Positions 1 to 13,862 of a stretch of DNA of 64,000 nucleotides are shown here, one piece after another (position 1 is the stretch's first letter; the number at the start of each line of letters is the position of its first letter). The position numbers and the translations under genes were made by a program. The DNA lies in assembly GCA_031409275.1 (NCBI GenBank), contig JANNXA010000051.1, positions 192,001 through 256,000 of the forward strand, in the 5' to 3' direction. Under the pieces are notes generated by a model. It was given only the letters and a program-made list of their open reading frames with translations, did not search any database and was not told the DNA's origin. The stretch comes from Planctomycetota bacterium (GTDB lineage Bacteria > Planctomycetota > B15-G4 > SIAN01).

Positions 1-14
1 GACGAAGCGGCGGG

Positions 15-23
15 AATCTAGCA
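15..23 (-). promoter_or_regulatory. Possible extended -10 promoter (TGcTAGATT) for a gene left of the window
   Basis: Minus strand reads TGC-TAGATT, matching TGn-TAnnnT; the downstream gene is outside the window. Confidence 0.3.
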
Positions 24-114
24 ACCGTGGCGGCGCCGGCTAGCCACCCCCGCATCCACGACGGTTCGCAGCGCCGATTCGGGCACCTGCCCCAACTCCG
101 CCCTTCGAAAAAAG

Positions 115-298
115 ACCTCCGCCTGAGTGCCGTCGCCCATGGTGCGAACTTTGAACCCGACAACGAGGTGGGCGCCTACCCGGCTCGCGAAGAAGTCCGT
201 CTCAAGGTAGGACGGCTGGACTTGCTGCCGAGGAGTCGGCTCCCAAGTTGATTCGTCAAGGTCAAAGAATTGACGCGAGCGTCGAACACGGCAGAGGT
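115..298 (-). ncRNA. ssrS: 6S RNA (SsrS)
   Basis: 184-nt intergenic rod downstream of pheT. Terminal arms ACCUCUGCC/GGCGGAGGU pair with a G-U only on the minus strand. Inner arms CUUUGACC/GGUUCAAAG pair. A U-tract (CTTTTTT) follows the 3' arm. Size and fold match 6S RNA; no covariance search run. Confidence 0.75.
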
Positions 299-386
299 GC
301 TTCGATCATTGCCGTCGACTCACCCGCGAACCGCCTGGTGCGCCGACGCGCCGAATATAGCCCTCGATCAAGGCTCCGCTCGCGCG

Positions 387-2783
387 TCAGCTCCGCAGTC
401 GGATGCCTCGCGCGGCAAGGCTGGCGACGATGCGCTGCTGGATCGGCTCGATCTCGGCGTCGGTCAAGGTGCGATCGTCGACGCGGTACACGAGTCGGAA
501 CGCGAGCGACCGCTGGCCGGGCTCGATCCCCTTGCCTCGGTAGACGTCGAACAGCTCGATCGACAGCAGCGGCCCCCCGGCCGCGGAACGAATCACCTGC
601 TCGACCGTCGCGACTTCGATCCCGTCGGGCGTGATCAACGCCAGATCGCGACGGGTCGGTGGGAACGTCGACAGGGAGCGCATTCGCCGCACCGAGCGCG
701 CAACGGTCGCCAGCTTCTCGAGGTCGAGCTCGGCCAAGGCGGCGCGCTCGTTGATGTCGAAGCGCCGCGCCATTTCGGGATGGAGCTGGGCGAGCACTCC
801 GACGACGGCTCCCTCGACCACCACCTCGATCGCGCGGCCAGGATGGGCGAACGGCGGAGGAGCGACCGCCGTGCGCCCCTGCCAGGCGACTCCGAGGCGG
901 GCGAGGCAGCGTTCGACGTCGCCTCGAAGCTGAAGCACCAGCGCTTCCGCGTCGGCGTTTCGCTCGCAGCGCAGCAGCGCGGCGACACGCCGCTCGTGCG
1001 GTAACCCGTCGTTCTCGGCCGCCGGCAGCGGGTGGTACTCGCGCCCGCATTCGAACAGTCGCACGTCATCGAATTCGGCGAGGTTCCGCCGGGCGGCATC
1101 GAGCAGCCCGGGAGCGAGGCTCCGACGCATCCGCGTCGAATCGACGGTCAGCGAGTTGCGCAACTTGACGAATGGGCCGCCCGTGTCGCCGCCGTGGTAG
1201 AGCTCGACGTGGCGGTCGGTGGCGAAGGAATATCCAAGCGTCTCCGCGTAGGCGCACTCGTCCACCAGCGTGCGCACCAGTCGGCGCTCGATGGCCCGCG
1301 CCGGCGCGATCATTGGCGGCTTCACGGCGAGTCGAGGCAAGGACGGCTCGATGCGCTCGTAGCCCGAAAGACGGCCCACCTCCTCGATCAGGTCGTCCTC
1401 GTTCGTGACGTCGCGCCGTGACCGATGCGACGGAACGGTGACCGCGAGGCGCTCACCGTCGACGCGCACCTCGAATCCGATCGACTGCAGCTGCGACGCG
1501 ATCTCCGCGTCGGAGAGCTCGATCCCGAGCTTCGCGCGCGCACGCGACGGCCGCAGCGCGACCGACGGCGTGCGCGGATGCGAGCCGCCCGCCGCGGCGA
1601 ATCCCGGCTGCACGCGCACCGCCGGCGCGATCTGCTTCAGCAGCCACGCGTACCGTCGCAGCGCCTGTTCGGGCAACGCCGCGTCGAGCGTCTTCTCGAA
1701 GCGCGCGACCGCCTCGCTGCGCAATCCGAGTCGGGACGAGGTCTTGCGCACGCGCGCCGCCTCGAAACTCGCCGATTCGAGCAGCAGCCGTCGAGTCGTC
1801 GGACCGACCTCGCTCTCGTGGCCCCCCATCACGCCCGCGATGGCGATCGCACGTTCACCGTCGGCGATCACGAGGTCTTCGCCATCGAGGTCGCGCACCA
1901 CGCCATCGAGCGTGGTCAGCTTCTCGCCGGGCCGCCCGCGCCGAACGACGACCTTGCGTCCGCGCAACTTCTCCTCGTCGAAGGGATGAGTCGGCTGGCC
2001 GATCTCGAGCATCACGTAGTTGCTGAGATCGACGAGGAGCGACAACGGACGCATCCCTGCGGCTTCGAGTCGACGCGCCATCCACGGCGGCGTCGGCGGC
2101 ACCGAGTCGATCTCGATCCGGAGCGCGAGGTAGCACGGACACCCGACCGGGTCGTCGATGCGAACCGGAAAGGAGGATGGATCGGGGCGCAGCGCGGCGT
2201 CGACCGGCAGCTGCTTCAGCCCGCGGCCGAAGATCGCCGCGAGTTCGCGCGCGAAACCGTAGTGCCCCCACAGATCCGCGCGGTGGGTGATCGACTTGTT
2301 GTCGATCTCGAGCACGCTGTCGCGCACCCCCCAATAGTCGGCGAACGGCGCCCCGACGGGCGCATCGTCCGGAAGGACGAGGATGCCGTCATGCCCGCCC
2401 CCGAGCCCGAGTTCATCGGTGGAGCAGATCATCCCGTTGCTGAGCTGGCCGCGGATCTTGCGCGCCTCGAGCGTGAGCCCGTTGGGCAGCGTGCAGCCGA
2501 CCGGTGCGTAGGCGATCTTCTGTCCGGCGGCCACGTTGGGCGCACCGCAGACGACTTCGATCGGCCCAGCTCCGGCATCGACGCGGCAGCAGGAGAGTCG
2601 GTCGGCGTTCGGGTGCTTTTCGCGCTCGAGGACGTGTCCGACCTTGACCTGTTCGAGGCCGGCGCCGCGTCGCTCGATCCCCTCGATCAGCGCCGTCTTC
2701 ATCGTGAGCTTGCGCGCGATCTCGTCGGGATCGAGCCCGTCGAGATCGACATGGTCCGCCAGCCAGCGCAACGAGAGCTTCAT
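387..2783 (-). CDS. pheT: Phenylalanine--tRNA ligase beta subunit
   Basis: MKLSLRWL start, HPNADRL and VVCGAPN (tRNA-binding OB), B3/4, B5 (DLIEEVGR) and C-terminal FDX-ACB (LFDVYRG..SLAFRL); follows pheS. Confidence 0.98.
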   Translation of the reverse strand: MKLSLRWLADHVDLDGLDPDEIARKLTMKTALIEGIERRGAGLEQVKVGHVLEREKHPNADRLSCCRVDAGAGPIEVVCGAPNVAAGQKIAYAPVGCTLPNGLTLEARKIRGQLSNGMICSTDELGLGGGHDGILVLPDDAPVGAPFADYWGVRDSVLEIDNKSITHRADLWGHYGFARELAAIFGRGLKQLPVDAALRPDPSSFPVRIDDPVGCPCYLALRIEIDSVPPTPPWMARRLEAAGMRPLSLLVDLSNYVMLEIGQPTHPFDEEKLRGRKVVVRRGRPGEKLTTLDGVVRDLDGEDLVIADGERAIAIAGVMGGHESEVGPTTRRLLLESASFEAARVRKTSSRLGLRSEAVARFEKTLDAALPEQALRRYAWLLKQIAPAVRVQPGFAAAGGSHPRTPSVALRPSRARAKLGIELSDAEIASQLQSIGFEVRVDGERLAVTVPSHRSRRDVTNEDDLIEEVGRLSGYERIEPSLPRLAVKPPMIAPARAIERRLVRTLVDECAYAETLGYSFATDRHVELYHGGDTGGPFVKLRNSLTVDSTRMRRSLAPGLLDAARRNLAEFDDVRLFECGREYHPLPAAENDGLPHERRVAALLRCERNADAEALVLQLRGDVERCLARLGVAWQGRTAVAPPPFAHPGRAIEVVVEGAVVGVLAQLHPEMARRFDINERAALAELDLEKLATVARSVRRMRSLSTFPPTRRDLALITPDGIEVATVEQVIRSAAGGPLLSIELFDVYRGKGIEPGQRSLAFRLVYRVDDRTLTDAEIEPIQQRIVASLAARGIRLRS

Positions 2784-2784
2784 C

Positions 2785-3816
2785 TCAGAACTGCTCCAGG
2801 AAGCGCAGGTCGCCCGACATCACCCAACGGATGTCGGAGATCGCATGCCGCATCATCGTGAGCCGATCGATCCCGAGTCCGAACGCGAAACCGGTGAATC
2901 GCTCCGGATCGATGTTTCCCGCCTGCAGCACCTTCGGATGGACCATGCCGCAGCCGCACAGCTCGATCCAGCCGCTGCCCTTGCACGTCGCACAACCTCT
3001 GCCAGCGCAGAGCCGGCACTGGAAGTCGAGTTCGAGCCCCGGCTCGACGAACGGGAAGTGGTGCGGCCGCAATCGCGTCGCAACCCGCTCACCGAAGAGC
3101 CGCGCGAGCATCTCGTCGAGCACCGCCTTCAGGTGCGCGACCGAGATCCCCTCGTCGACGACGAGCCCCTCGAGCTGGTGGAAGGTGTGCTCGTGCGACG
3201 CATCCTGCGTCTCGTTGCGGAACACGCGGCCGGGTGCCACGACCCGCAACGGCGCGCCGAACTTGCGCATCGCGCGAACCTGCATCCCCGAAGTGTGCGT
3301 GCGCAGGACCGCGCCACCCTCGGCGTAGAAGGTGTCCTGGGTGTCGCGCGCCGGATGGTGCGGCGGGATGTTCAGCGCTTCGAAGTTGAAGAAGTCCGTC
3401 TCGATCTCGGGCCCATCGACGACCGTGAAGCCCATCGAATCGAACAGCTCCTCGAGCTCGCGCAGCACCGACTTGACCGGGTGTTCATGGCCGACGGCGC
3501 GCCGCGGCGCTGGCTGCGTCGGATCGATGCGATCGGCGGCGAGGGCGGCGGAGACTGCCGCCGATTCGAGTGCCGCCTTGCGAGCGGCGAGCTCCGCCTC
3601 GACCTGGCGCTTGGCGACGTTGCCCGCCTGACCCACCGACTTGCGGCCGGCGTCGTCGAGATCCTTCAGGCCGCGCAGGATCTGCGAGAGCTGCCCGGTC
3701 TTGCCGAGCACGTCGCGCTCGATCGCCTGAAGCGCCTCGAGCGAAGCCGCAACGGCGACCGCGGCGCGTGCCTGCGCCTCGATCGCGGTAATCGCCTGAA
3801 GGATCTGCTCGCTCAT
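2785..3816 (-). CDS. pheS: Phenylalanine--tRNA ligase alpha subunit
   Basis: NFEALNIP.HHPARD.QDTFY, LRTHTS, FHQLEG, FPFVEP, GFAFGLGIDRL motifs. Confidence 0.98.
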   Translation of the reverse strand: MSEQILQAITAIEAQARAAVAVAASLEALQAIERDVLGKTGQLSQILRGLKDLDDAGRKSVGQAGNVAKRQVEAELAARKAALESAAVSAALAADRIDPTQPAPRRAVGHEHPVKSVLRELEELFDSMGFTVVDGPEIETDFFNFEALNIPPHHPARDTQDTFYAEGGAVLRTHTSGMQVRAMRKFGAPLRVVAPGRVFRNETQDASHEHTFHQLEGLVVDEGISVAHLKAVLDEMLARLFGERVATRLRPHHFPFVEPGLELDFQCRLCAGRGCATCKGSGWIELCGCGMVHPKVLQAGNIDPERFTGFAFGLGIDRLTMMRHAISDIRWVMSGDLRFLEQF

Positions 3817-3893
3817 GTCCCCCGTCCGGACTCGCCCCGCGAACCTTCGGGCCGCGCTGCGAGGGGCGAATCCGGAGCGGGCGAACGCGGCGA

Positions 3894-4253
3894 TCAGGCC
3901 GCGATGGCGGCCTTTGCCTTGGCGACGAACTCGTCGAACTGGCCAGGAGCCTCGATGGCGATCGCCGCGAGGACCTTCCGGTTCACCATGACCTCGGCCC
4001 GCTTCAGGCCGTGCATGAACTGCGAGTACGAGATCCCTCGGTTGGTCAACGCAGCAGAGATGCGCGTGATCCAGAGCCGACGGAAGTCGCGCTTCTTGTT
4101 GCGCCGGTCGCGGTACGCGTAGCGATCCGCACGGATCGCGAACGCACGCGCCTGACGCTTCTTCTTGTGCAGGCTTCCCCGGAAGCCCTTCACCCGCTTC
4201 ATCAGGCGCTTGCGGCGCTTGAGACGGGTCACGACGCTTCGAACGCGCGGCAT
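3894..4253 (-). CDS. rplT: 50S ribosomal protein L20
   Basis: MPRV start, YAYRDRR.KKRDFRRLWITRI.AA, SYSQF..GL, NRKVLA. Confidence 0.98.
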   Translation of the reverse strand: MPRVRSVVTRLKRRKRLMKRVKGFRGSLHKKKRQARAFAIRADRYAYRDRRNKKRDFRRLWITRISAALTNRGISYSQFMHGLKRAEVMVNRKVLAAIAIEAPGQFDEFVAKAKAAIAA

Positions 4254-4302
4254 GTCTACTTACTCCAACGAATCGATCTGGAACGGCGGACGTAGCGCCG
4301 AC

Positions 4303-4503
4303 TCAGAGGCTCGGGCTCAACAGCTGCATGTACGACTTGTAGTAGTGCTTCGGCACTTCCTTCGGACGCCGCAGCTTGCGACGACGCTTGGAGCGCTTGC
4401 CCGACATCAGGTGGCGGCGCCCTTCACGGAAGTGCATGAGTTTGCCGGTACCGGTCACTTTGATCCGGCGCTTCAGCGACTTCTTGGTCTTCATCTTCGG
4501 CAC
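4303..4503 (-). CDS. rpmI: 50S ribosomal protein L35
   Basis: MPKMKTKK..KRR.KVTGTGK; GTG start with GGAGGT SD; lies between infC and rplT. Confidence 0.97.
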   Translation of the reverse strand: MPKMKTKKSLKRRIKVTGTGKLMHFREGRRHLMSGKRSKRRRKLRRPKEVPKHYYKSYMQLLSPSL

Positions 4504-4554
4504 GACACATACCTCCGAGGGCGCGAGGGGTCCGTGGGGCGGGAAGCGTCCGGC

Positions 4555-5262
4555 TCAGGGAGCCGGAGGAGCAATCGCCGTCGGCGGCCGAATCTCTTCG
4601 GCAGCCTGCACGATCTCGGCCTGGTGGACTTGGTTCTCTGCTGGGGTGGTCGGTTTCTCGTCCTGCTTCTTCTCGTCTTGCTTCGCGTGCTTCTTCGTCT
4701 CGTGGCCCTCGGCATCGTCGCCGTGGCCCTTCTTCGGTTCCGGTTTCGGCGGTGCGGTCGAGCGCAACAAGAGCGAGAGGCGACGCCCCTCCATCTTCGG
4801 CGGTCGATCGACTTTCGAAACGTCGGCCAGCTTCACGATGAAGGCGTCCATGACCACTTTCGCGACGTCCATGTGGGACATCTCGCGGCCACGGAACAGC
4901 ATCGTGACCTGGACCTGGTCGCCTTCGAGGAGGAAGTCGCGCGCTTGCTTCGCCTTGTAGCTCACGTCGTGCTCAGCGATCTTCGGCCGCAGCCGAATCT
5001 CCTTGAGCTCGACCTTGTGCTGCTTGCGCTTGGAATCGTGCTCCTTCTTCTTCAGCGTGTAGAGGAACTTGCCGTAGTCCATGATCTTGCAGACGGGCGG
5101 TCGCGCGTCGGGCGAGACCTCAACGAGGTCGAGTCCCTTCTCGTACGCCATCTGCCGCGCCACTTCGGTGTCGACCACGCCAGCCATGGCGCCGGCGTCG
5201 TCGATCAACCGCACCTGGCGGATGCGGATCATGTCGTTGATTCGGTACTGATGCGCTGACGT
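4555..5262 (-). CDS. infC: Translation initiation factor IF-3 with ~65-aa C-terminal extension; probable non-canonical ACG start
   Basis: RINDMIR.RQVRLID, DLVEVSP.A.PPVCKIMDYGKF, LKEIRLRP.I..HD, FRGRE. Start placed at ACG 7 nt after GGAGGG; the ORF-track start at 5313 falls inside the leader hairpin. Confidence 0.95.
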   Translation of the reverse strand, partial: TSAHQYRINDMIRIRQVRLIDDAGAMAGVVDTEVARQMAYEKGLDLVEVSPDARPPVCKIMDYGKFLYTLKKKEHDSKRKQHKVELKEIRLRPKIAEHDVSYKAKQARDFLLEGDQVQVTMLFRGREMSHMDVAKVVMDAFIVKLADVSKVDRPPKMEGRRLSLLLRSTAPPKPEPKKGHGDDAEGHETKKHAKQDEKKQDEKPTTPAENQVHQAEIVQAAEEIRPPTAIAPPAP

Positions 5263-5290
5263 ACGCCGTCCCTCCGAACACCCAAAACGC

Positions 5291-5369
5291 AACCCGCGGT
5301 CAGCTTGAGCCACCTCGCCCCGAGTGCACTCAGGGGAAGCACGAGGAAGCTCAGTTGAGCCCGCGGGTC
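5291..5369 (-). promoter_or_regulatory. Long hairpin in the infC-rpmI-rplT 5' leader (candidate cis-regulatory RNA)
   Basis: Nested pairings ACCCGCGG/CCGCGGGU, UGAGC/GCUCA, CCUCG/CGAGG, CCCC..GAGU/ACUC.GGGG between the promoter and the SD. Confidence 0.5.
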
Positions 5370-5405
5370 AATCGATCCGCTTCGCCCTGGCGAAACGGGC
5401 GCGGC

Positions 5406-5434
5406 ATCCTAGGGGCGCCCCCCTCGGGGATCAA
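5406..5434 (-). promoter_or_regulatory. Sigma70-type promoter for infC-rpmI-rplT
   Basis: TTGATC-N17-TAGGAT on the minus strand in the thrS-infC intergenic region. Confidence 0.6.
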
Positions 5435-5498
5435 GGTGTCGCCGCGTCGGACCTCGCTGCGCCCCGCCGCACCCCCTCCGCTGGAGGCGATCCCGCCC

Positions 5499-7415
5499 TC
5501 AGCTCTTCGCGGCCACTTCGCCCAGGAGCCGAGCCAGGAACGCCTCGAACGGCTGCGCCCCCTGGTCGCCGGCGCCCCGGGCGCGCACGGCGACGGCGCC
5601 CGTGTCGCGCTCGCGCGCCCCGAGGACGAGGATGTAGGGCACCTTCTCGAGCGACGCGTCGCGAATCTTCGCCCCCATCTTGTCGGTGCGATCGTCGACC
5701 TCGACGCGCAGACCGGCGGCCTGGAGCCGCGCTCCGACGTCGCGGGCGTAGGGAAGGACCTCCTCCGCCACCGGCACCACCTTCACCTGCACCGGCGAGA
5801 GCCACAGCGGCAGGCTGCCCGCCGTGTGCTCGAGGTAGACGCCGATGAAGCGCTCGAGCGACCCGAGCATCGCGCGGTGGACCACGACCGGCCGCTTGAC
5901 CGTTCCATCCTGCGCGTTGAAGTGCAGGTCGAAGCGCTCGCCGAGGTTGAAATCGAGCTGGAACGTCGAGAGCTGCCACGCGCGTCCGATGGCGTCGCGC
6001 ACCTGGAAGTCGATCTTCGGTCCGTAGAAGGCGCCGTCGCCCGGGTTCAGCGTGTACTTCTGGCCGAGGCGGTCGAGCTGCTCGAACAGCGTGCTCTCCG
6101 CCTTCTTCCAGAGCTCGTCGGAACCGACCGACTTCGCCGGGCGCGTGCCGACCAGGACGGTCGGATCGGGAAGCCCGAGGTCCTTGTAGATCCGCCGCTG
6201 CAGCGCGAAGCAGTTCTCGATCTCGGCGCCGATGCTCTCCGGTGCCATGAAGATGTGACCATCGTCCTGCGCGAAGGTGCGCACGCGGGTCAGGCCGGCG
6301 ACGACGCCGCTGCGCTCGAAACGATGGAGGCGGCCGAAGTCGGCGAATCGCAGCGGCAACTCGCGATAGCTGCGCCCCTTGCCGGCGAACATCAGCGCAT
6401 GGGCGGGGCAGTTCATCGGCTTGACGCCGAACTCCCGATCCTCCGCCTCGGTGAAGTACATGTTCTCTTTGTAGTTGTCGTAGTGCCCCGAGATCTTGAA
6501 GAGCTCGGTCGCGAAGATCTGCGGAGTGATCACTTCCTGGTAGCCGAACTCGACGTAGAGGCTGCGCACGTAGGCGATCAACGCGTTGTAGAGCCAGGCG
6601 CCCTTGGGCATGAAGAAGGGGCTCGCCGGCGCGAGCGGATGGAACATGAAGAGGCCGAGTTCCTTGCCGACCTTGCGGTGGTCGCGGCGCACCGCTTCTT
6701 CGCGCGCCTTCAGGTGCTCTTCGAGCGACTTGGCATCGACGAACGCGGTGCCGTAGATGCGCTGCAGCATCGGCCGCTTCTCGTCGCCGCGCCAATAGGC
6801 GCCCGCGATCGACAGCAGCTTGAAGTGCTTGATGCGGCCCGTGGACGGCACGTGCGGACCGGTGCAGAGGTCGGTGAACTCGCCCTGCGTGTAGAAGCTG
6901 ATCGAGGCGTCGGCGGCGAGCCCTTCGATCAGCTCGCGCTTGTAGGGGTCGTGGCGTTCGTTCGCCCACGCGAGCGCCGCTTCCCGCGACAGGACCGATC
7001 GGGACAACGGGAAGTCGGCGGCCGCCGCCGCCTTCATCTCCGCCTCGATCTTCTCGAGATCCTCGGGCTCGAGCTGACGCGGCAGCTCCATGTCGTAGTA
7101 GAAGCCGTTCTCGATCACCGGCCCGACGCCGAACTTCGCCTCGGGATAGAGGCGCTTGACCGCCTGCGCGAGCAGATGGGCGCACGAGTGGCGCACCACG
7201 TCCTGCGCTTCCGGGTCGGCCTCGGTGACGAAGCGCACCTTGGCGTCGGCGTCGAGGCTGCGATGGAGGTCCATCACCGTCCCGTCGACCACCGCGGCGA
7301 TCGCCTTCTTGCCCAGCGAGATGGCGATCGTTCGCGCCAGGACGCCGAGGTTCACGCCTCGTTCAGGTTCGAGCACCTTGCCGTCGGGCAGGGTCACGCG
7401 GATCGTTGCGGCCAT
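5499..7415 (-). CDS. thrS: Threonine--tRNA ligase
   Basis: TGS domain, RHSCAHLLAQA, DLCTGPH, GAYWRGD, RDHRK.G, KPMNCP, GAFYGPKID, HRAMLGSLERF. Confidence 0.98.
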   Translation of the reverse strand: MAATIRVTLPDGKVLEPERGVNLGVLARTIAISLGKKAIAAVVDGTVMDLHRSLDADAKVRFVTEADPEAQDVVRHSCAHLLAQAVKRLYPEAKFGVGPVIENGFYYDMELPRQLEPEDLEKIEAEMKAAAAADFPLSRSVLSREAALAWANERHDPYKRELIEGLAADASISFYTQGEFTDLCTGPHVPSTGRIKHFKLLSIAGAYWRGDEKRPMLQRIYGTAFVDAKSLEEHLKAREEAVRRDHRKVGKELGLFMFHPLAPASPFFMPKGAWLYNALIAYVRSLYVEFGYQEVITPQIFATELFKISGHYDNYKENMYFTEAEDREFGVKPMNCPAHALMFAGKGRSYRELPLRFADFGRLHRFERSGVVAGLTRVRTFAQDDGHIFMAPESIGAEIENCFALQRRIYKDLGLPDPTVLVGTRPAKSVGSDELWKKAESTLFEQLDRLGQKYTLNPGDGAFYGPKIDFQVRDAIGRAWQLSTFQLDFNLGERFDLHFNAQDGTVKRPVVVHRAMLGSLERFIGVYLEHTAGSLPLWLSPVQVKVVPVAEEVLPYARDVGARLQAAGLRVEVDDRTDKMGAKIRDASLEKVPYILVLGARERDTGAVAVRARGAGDQGAQPFEAFLARLLGEVAAKS

Positions 7416-7467
7416 GGCGTTCTCGTCGCTCTCGTGAAATCGGGGAACGGGGGATCAGGGACGGGGA

Positions 7468-9261
7468 TCAGGGAACCGGCGGCAGGTCGAAGCGGAGCTT
7501 CAGGTCACGCGTCGCGCGTTCGTCGGCGAGCGTCGGCGCGCCGGTCATGAGGCAGACCGCCGTCGCCGTCTTCGGGAATGCGATCACTTCGCGGATGTTG
7601 TCGGCTTCGAGCAGCAGCGCGATCAGTCGATCGAGCCCGATGCCGATGCCGCCGTGCGGCGGTGCGCCGTACTCGAAGGCCTCGAGCATGAAGCCGAACT
7701 TGCGCTGCGCCGCCTCGGGTGCGAGCCCGACGGCATCGAACACGCGCTGCTGGAGCGCGCGATCGTGGATGCGGATCGACCCGGAGCCGAGCTCCCATCC
7801 GTTCATCACCAGGTCGTAGGCACGCGCGCTGACGGCGCCTGGCTCGGCGGTGATCTGACCCGGGTACTTCTCGATGGGCGTCGTGAACGGGTGGTGAGCC
7901 GCCTTCCACGTCTTCTCGTCTTCGTCGTACTCGAACAGCGGGAACTCGACGACCCAGCACAGCTCGAGCGTTCCCTTCTTCACGCCGCCGAAACGTTCGC
8001 CGAGCTGGCGGCGGACTTCCGCGAGCGCCGCGCACGCGACCTTCAGCCGGTCGGCCACGAACAGCAGCAGGTCGCCCGGCAGCGCGCCGAGCCGGGCGAG
8101 GATCGCCTTGCCGGCTGGGTCCTCGAGCCCCTTCGCCACGCCGCCCGCGGCCTTGCCCGTGGCATCGAGCTTGGTCCACGCCAGCCCCTTCGCGCCGAGC
8201 TCCTTCGCCTTGCCTTCGAGCGCCTCGATCTCCTTCCGGGACATCGCCTCGCCACCGGGCACGCGCAGGCCGCGCAGGACGCCACCCGCGTCGACCGCGC
8301 CGCGGAAGATCTTGAAGTCGCTGCTCTTCGCTTCGGCGCTGACATCGGCGATCTGCAACGCGTTGCGCAGATCGGGCTTGTCGCAGCCATAGCGCAGCAT
8401 CGACTCGGCGTGGGTGATGCGCCGGAACGGTTGCGGCACCGCGATTCCGGTCGACTCCTTGATGGCGTGCGCGACCGCCGACTCGACCGTCGCGAAGATC
8501 AGCTCCTCGTCGGGGAAGCTCATCTCGAGGTCGAGCTGGGTGAACTCGGGCTGGCGATCGGCGCGCAGGTCTTCGTCGCGCATGCAGCGCGCGATCTGGA
8601 AGTACTTGTCGTAGCCCGCCACCATCAAGAGCTGCTTGAAGATCTGCGGCGATTGCGGCAGCGCGTAGCAATGGCCGGGATAGAGGCGGCTCGGCACGAA
8701 GTACTCGCGCGCGCCTTCCGGGGTCGCCTTGGTCAGGAAGGGCGTCTCGACCTCGACGAACTGCTGGCGAGTGAAGTCGTTGCGGATCGCCTGCATGAAA
8801 CGATGGCGGAACATCAGGTTGCGCTGCATCTGCGGCCGGCGCAGGTCGAGGTAGCGGTACTTGAGGCGCACCTCCTCGGAGACCTTCGCTTCGTCGCGGA
8901 TCTCGAAGGGCGGGGTGCGCGAGCGGTTCAGGATCTCGAGGCGATCGGCGGCGAGCTCGACGGCGCCGGTCACGCGGTCGGCATTGACGTTCTCTGCGGG
9001 ACGCGCGCGCACAAGGCCGCTGACGGCCACGACGTCCTCGGGGCGCAGCGACTGTGCATCGGCGAGGAGCCGTGGATCGGCATCGCCGAAGAAGACCTGA
9101 GTCAGACCGTAACGATCGCGCAGGTCGCCGAAGACGAAATGCGCGTGGTCGCGAGTGGTGTGGATCCAGCCGTTCAGCGTGACCCGCTGGCCCACGTGCT
9201 CGAGCCGCAGCTCGCCGCACGTGTGGGTCCGCCGCGTGAAGGCGGTGCCGCCGTCGCTCAT
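7468..9261 (-). CDS. aspS: Aspartate--tRNA ligase (bacterial type; RDH motif hints at non-discriminating)
   Basis: [62 protein letters not shown]. Start ATG 9261 after GGAG; the ORF-track start overlaps atpC. Confidence 0.97.
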   Translation of the reverse strand: MSDGGTAFTRRTHTCGELRLEHVGQRVTLNGWIHTTRDHAHFVFGDLRDRYGLTQVFFGDADPRLLADAQSLRPEDVVAVSGLVRARPAENVNADRVTGAVELAADRLEILNRSRTPPFEIRDEAKVSEEVRLKYRYLDLRRPQMQRNLMFRHRFMQAIRNDFTRQQFVEVETPFLTKATPEGAREYFVPSRLYPGHCYALPQSPQIFKQLLMVAGYDKYFQIARCMRDEDLRADRQPEFTQLDLEMSFPDEELIFATVESAVAHAIKESTGIAVPQPFRRITHAESMLRYGCDKPDLRNALQIADVSAEAKSSDFKIFRGAVDAGGVLRGLRVPGGEAMSRKEIEALEGKAKELGAKGLAWTKLDATGKAAGGVAKGLEDPAGKAILARLGALPGDLLLFVADRLKVACAALAEVRRQLGERFGGVKKGTLELCWVVEFPLFEYDEDEKTWKAAHHPFTTPIEKYPGQITAEPGAVSARAYDLVMNGWELGSGSIRIHDRALQQRVFDAVGLAPEAAQRKFGFMLEAFEYGAPPHGGIGIGLDRLIALLLEADNIREVIAFPKTATAVCLMTGAPTLADERATRDLKLRFDLPPVP

Positions 9262-9325
9262 CTCCGCGCTCCTGCGAAAGGGCGCGGAGCATAGCGCCCG
9301 AGGTGGGCGCGGCCGACGGCGCGGA

Positions 9326-9745
9326 CTACTCGAGGCCCGGGAACTGCGCGGCGGAGAGGCGAACCAGCGAGCGACGCAACGCCGCTTCCGCGCGGGCGTG
9401 ATCGACCTTGCTGCCGCGGTCGCGCAGCCGATCCTTGGCGCGCTGCTGCGCCTTCGCGGCGCGCGCCGCATCGATCTGCTTCCTGCTGTTGCAGAAGTCG
9501 ACGAGCACACGCACGCCGGTGCGGCGCACTTCGACGAACCCCTCGCCCACCGCGAAGATCCGCTCCTTGCCATCCTCGCCGCGCAGCCGCAGCAGGCCGG
9601 CATCGAGCGCGGCGACGAGCGGCGCGTGACGCGCCAGCACGCCGAAGCTCCCCTTCTTGCCGGGCAGCTTGAGCGAGGTCACGCGGCCTCGATAGGACGA
9701 GCCGTCGGGCGTGATCACCTCGAAGTCGAAGGGCGTTTGCGCCAT
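9326..9745 (-). CDS. atpC: ATP synthase F1 epsilon subunit
   Basis: EVITPDG, LPG..G.FGVL..HAPL, GFVEV, ID..RA..A..RA helical C-terminus. Confidence 0.96.
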   Translation of the reverse strand: MAQTPFDFEVITPDGSSYRGRVTSLKLPGKKGSFGVLARHAPLVAALDAGLLRLRGEDGKERIFAVGEGFVEVRRTGVRVLVDFCNSRKQIDAARAAKAQQRAKDRLRDRGSKVDHARAEAALRRSLVRLSAAQFPGLE

Positions 9746-9751
9746 GACCGA

Positions 9752-12251
<2,500 letters not shown>

Positions 12252-12254
12252 GCG

Positions 12255-13799
<1,545 letters not shown>

Positions 13800-13862
13800 C
13801 GGCTGATTCCTGTTTTGATCGAGGCGTCTGCGACGACGCGGGGTCGCTGCGGACGCAGCAGG

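Noticed and set aside
3817..3893. pheM-type attenuator or T-box upstream of pheS
   Set aside because: Only 77 nt; a GC hairpin is present but there is no Phe-rich leader peptide, T-box motif or U-tract.
7450..7474. 12-bp direct repeat GGGGATCAGGGA at the aspS-thrS junction
   Set aside because: Two copies only, one overlapping the aspS end; most simply a local slippage duplication.
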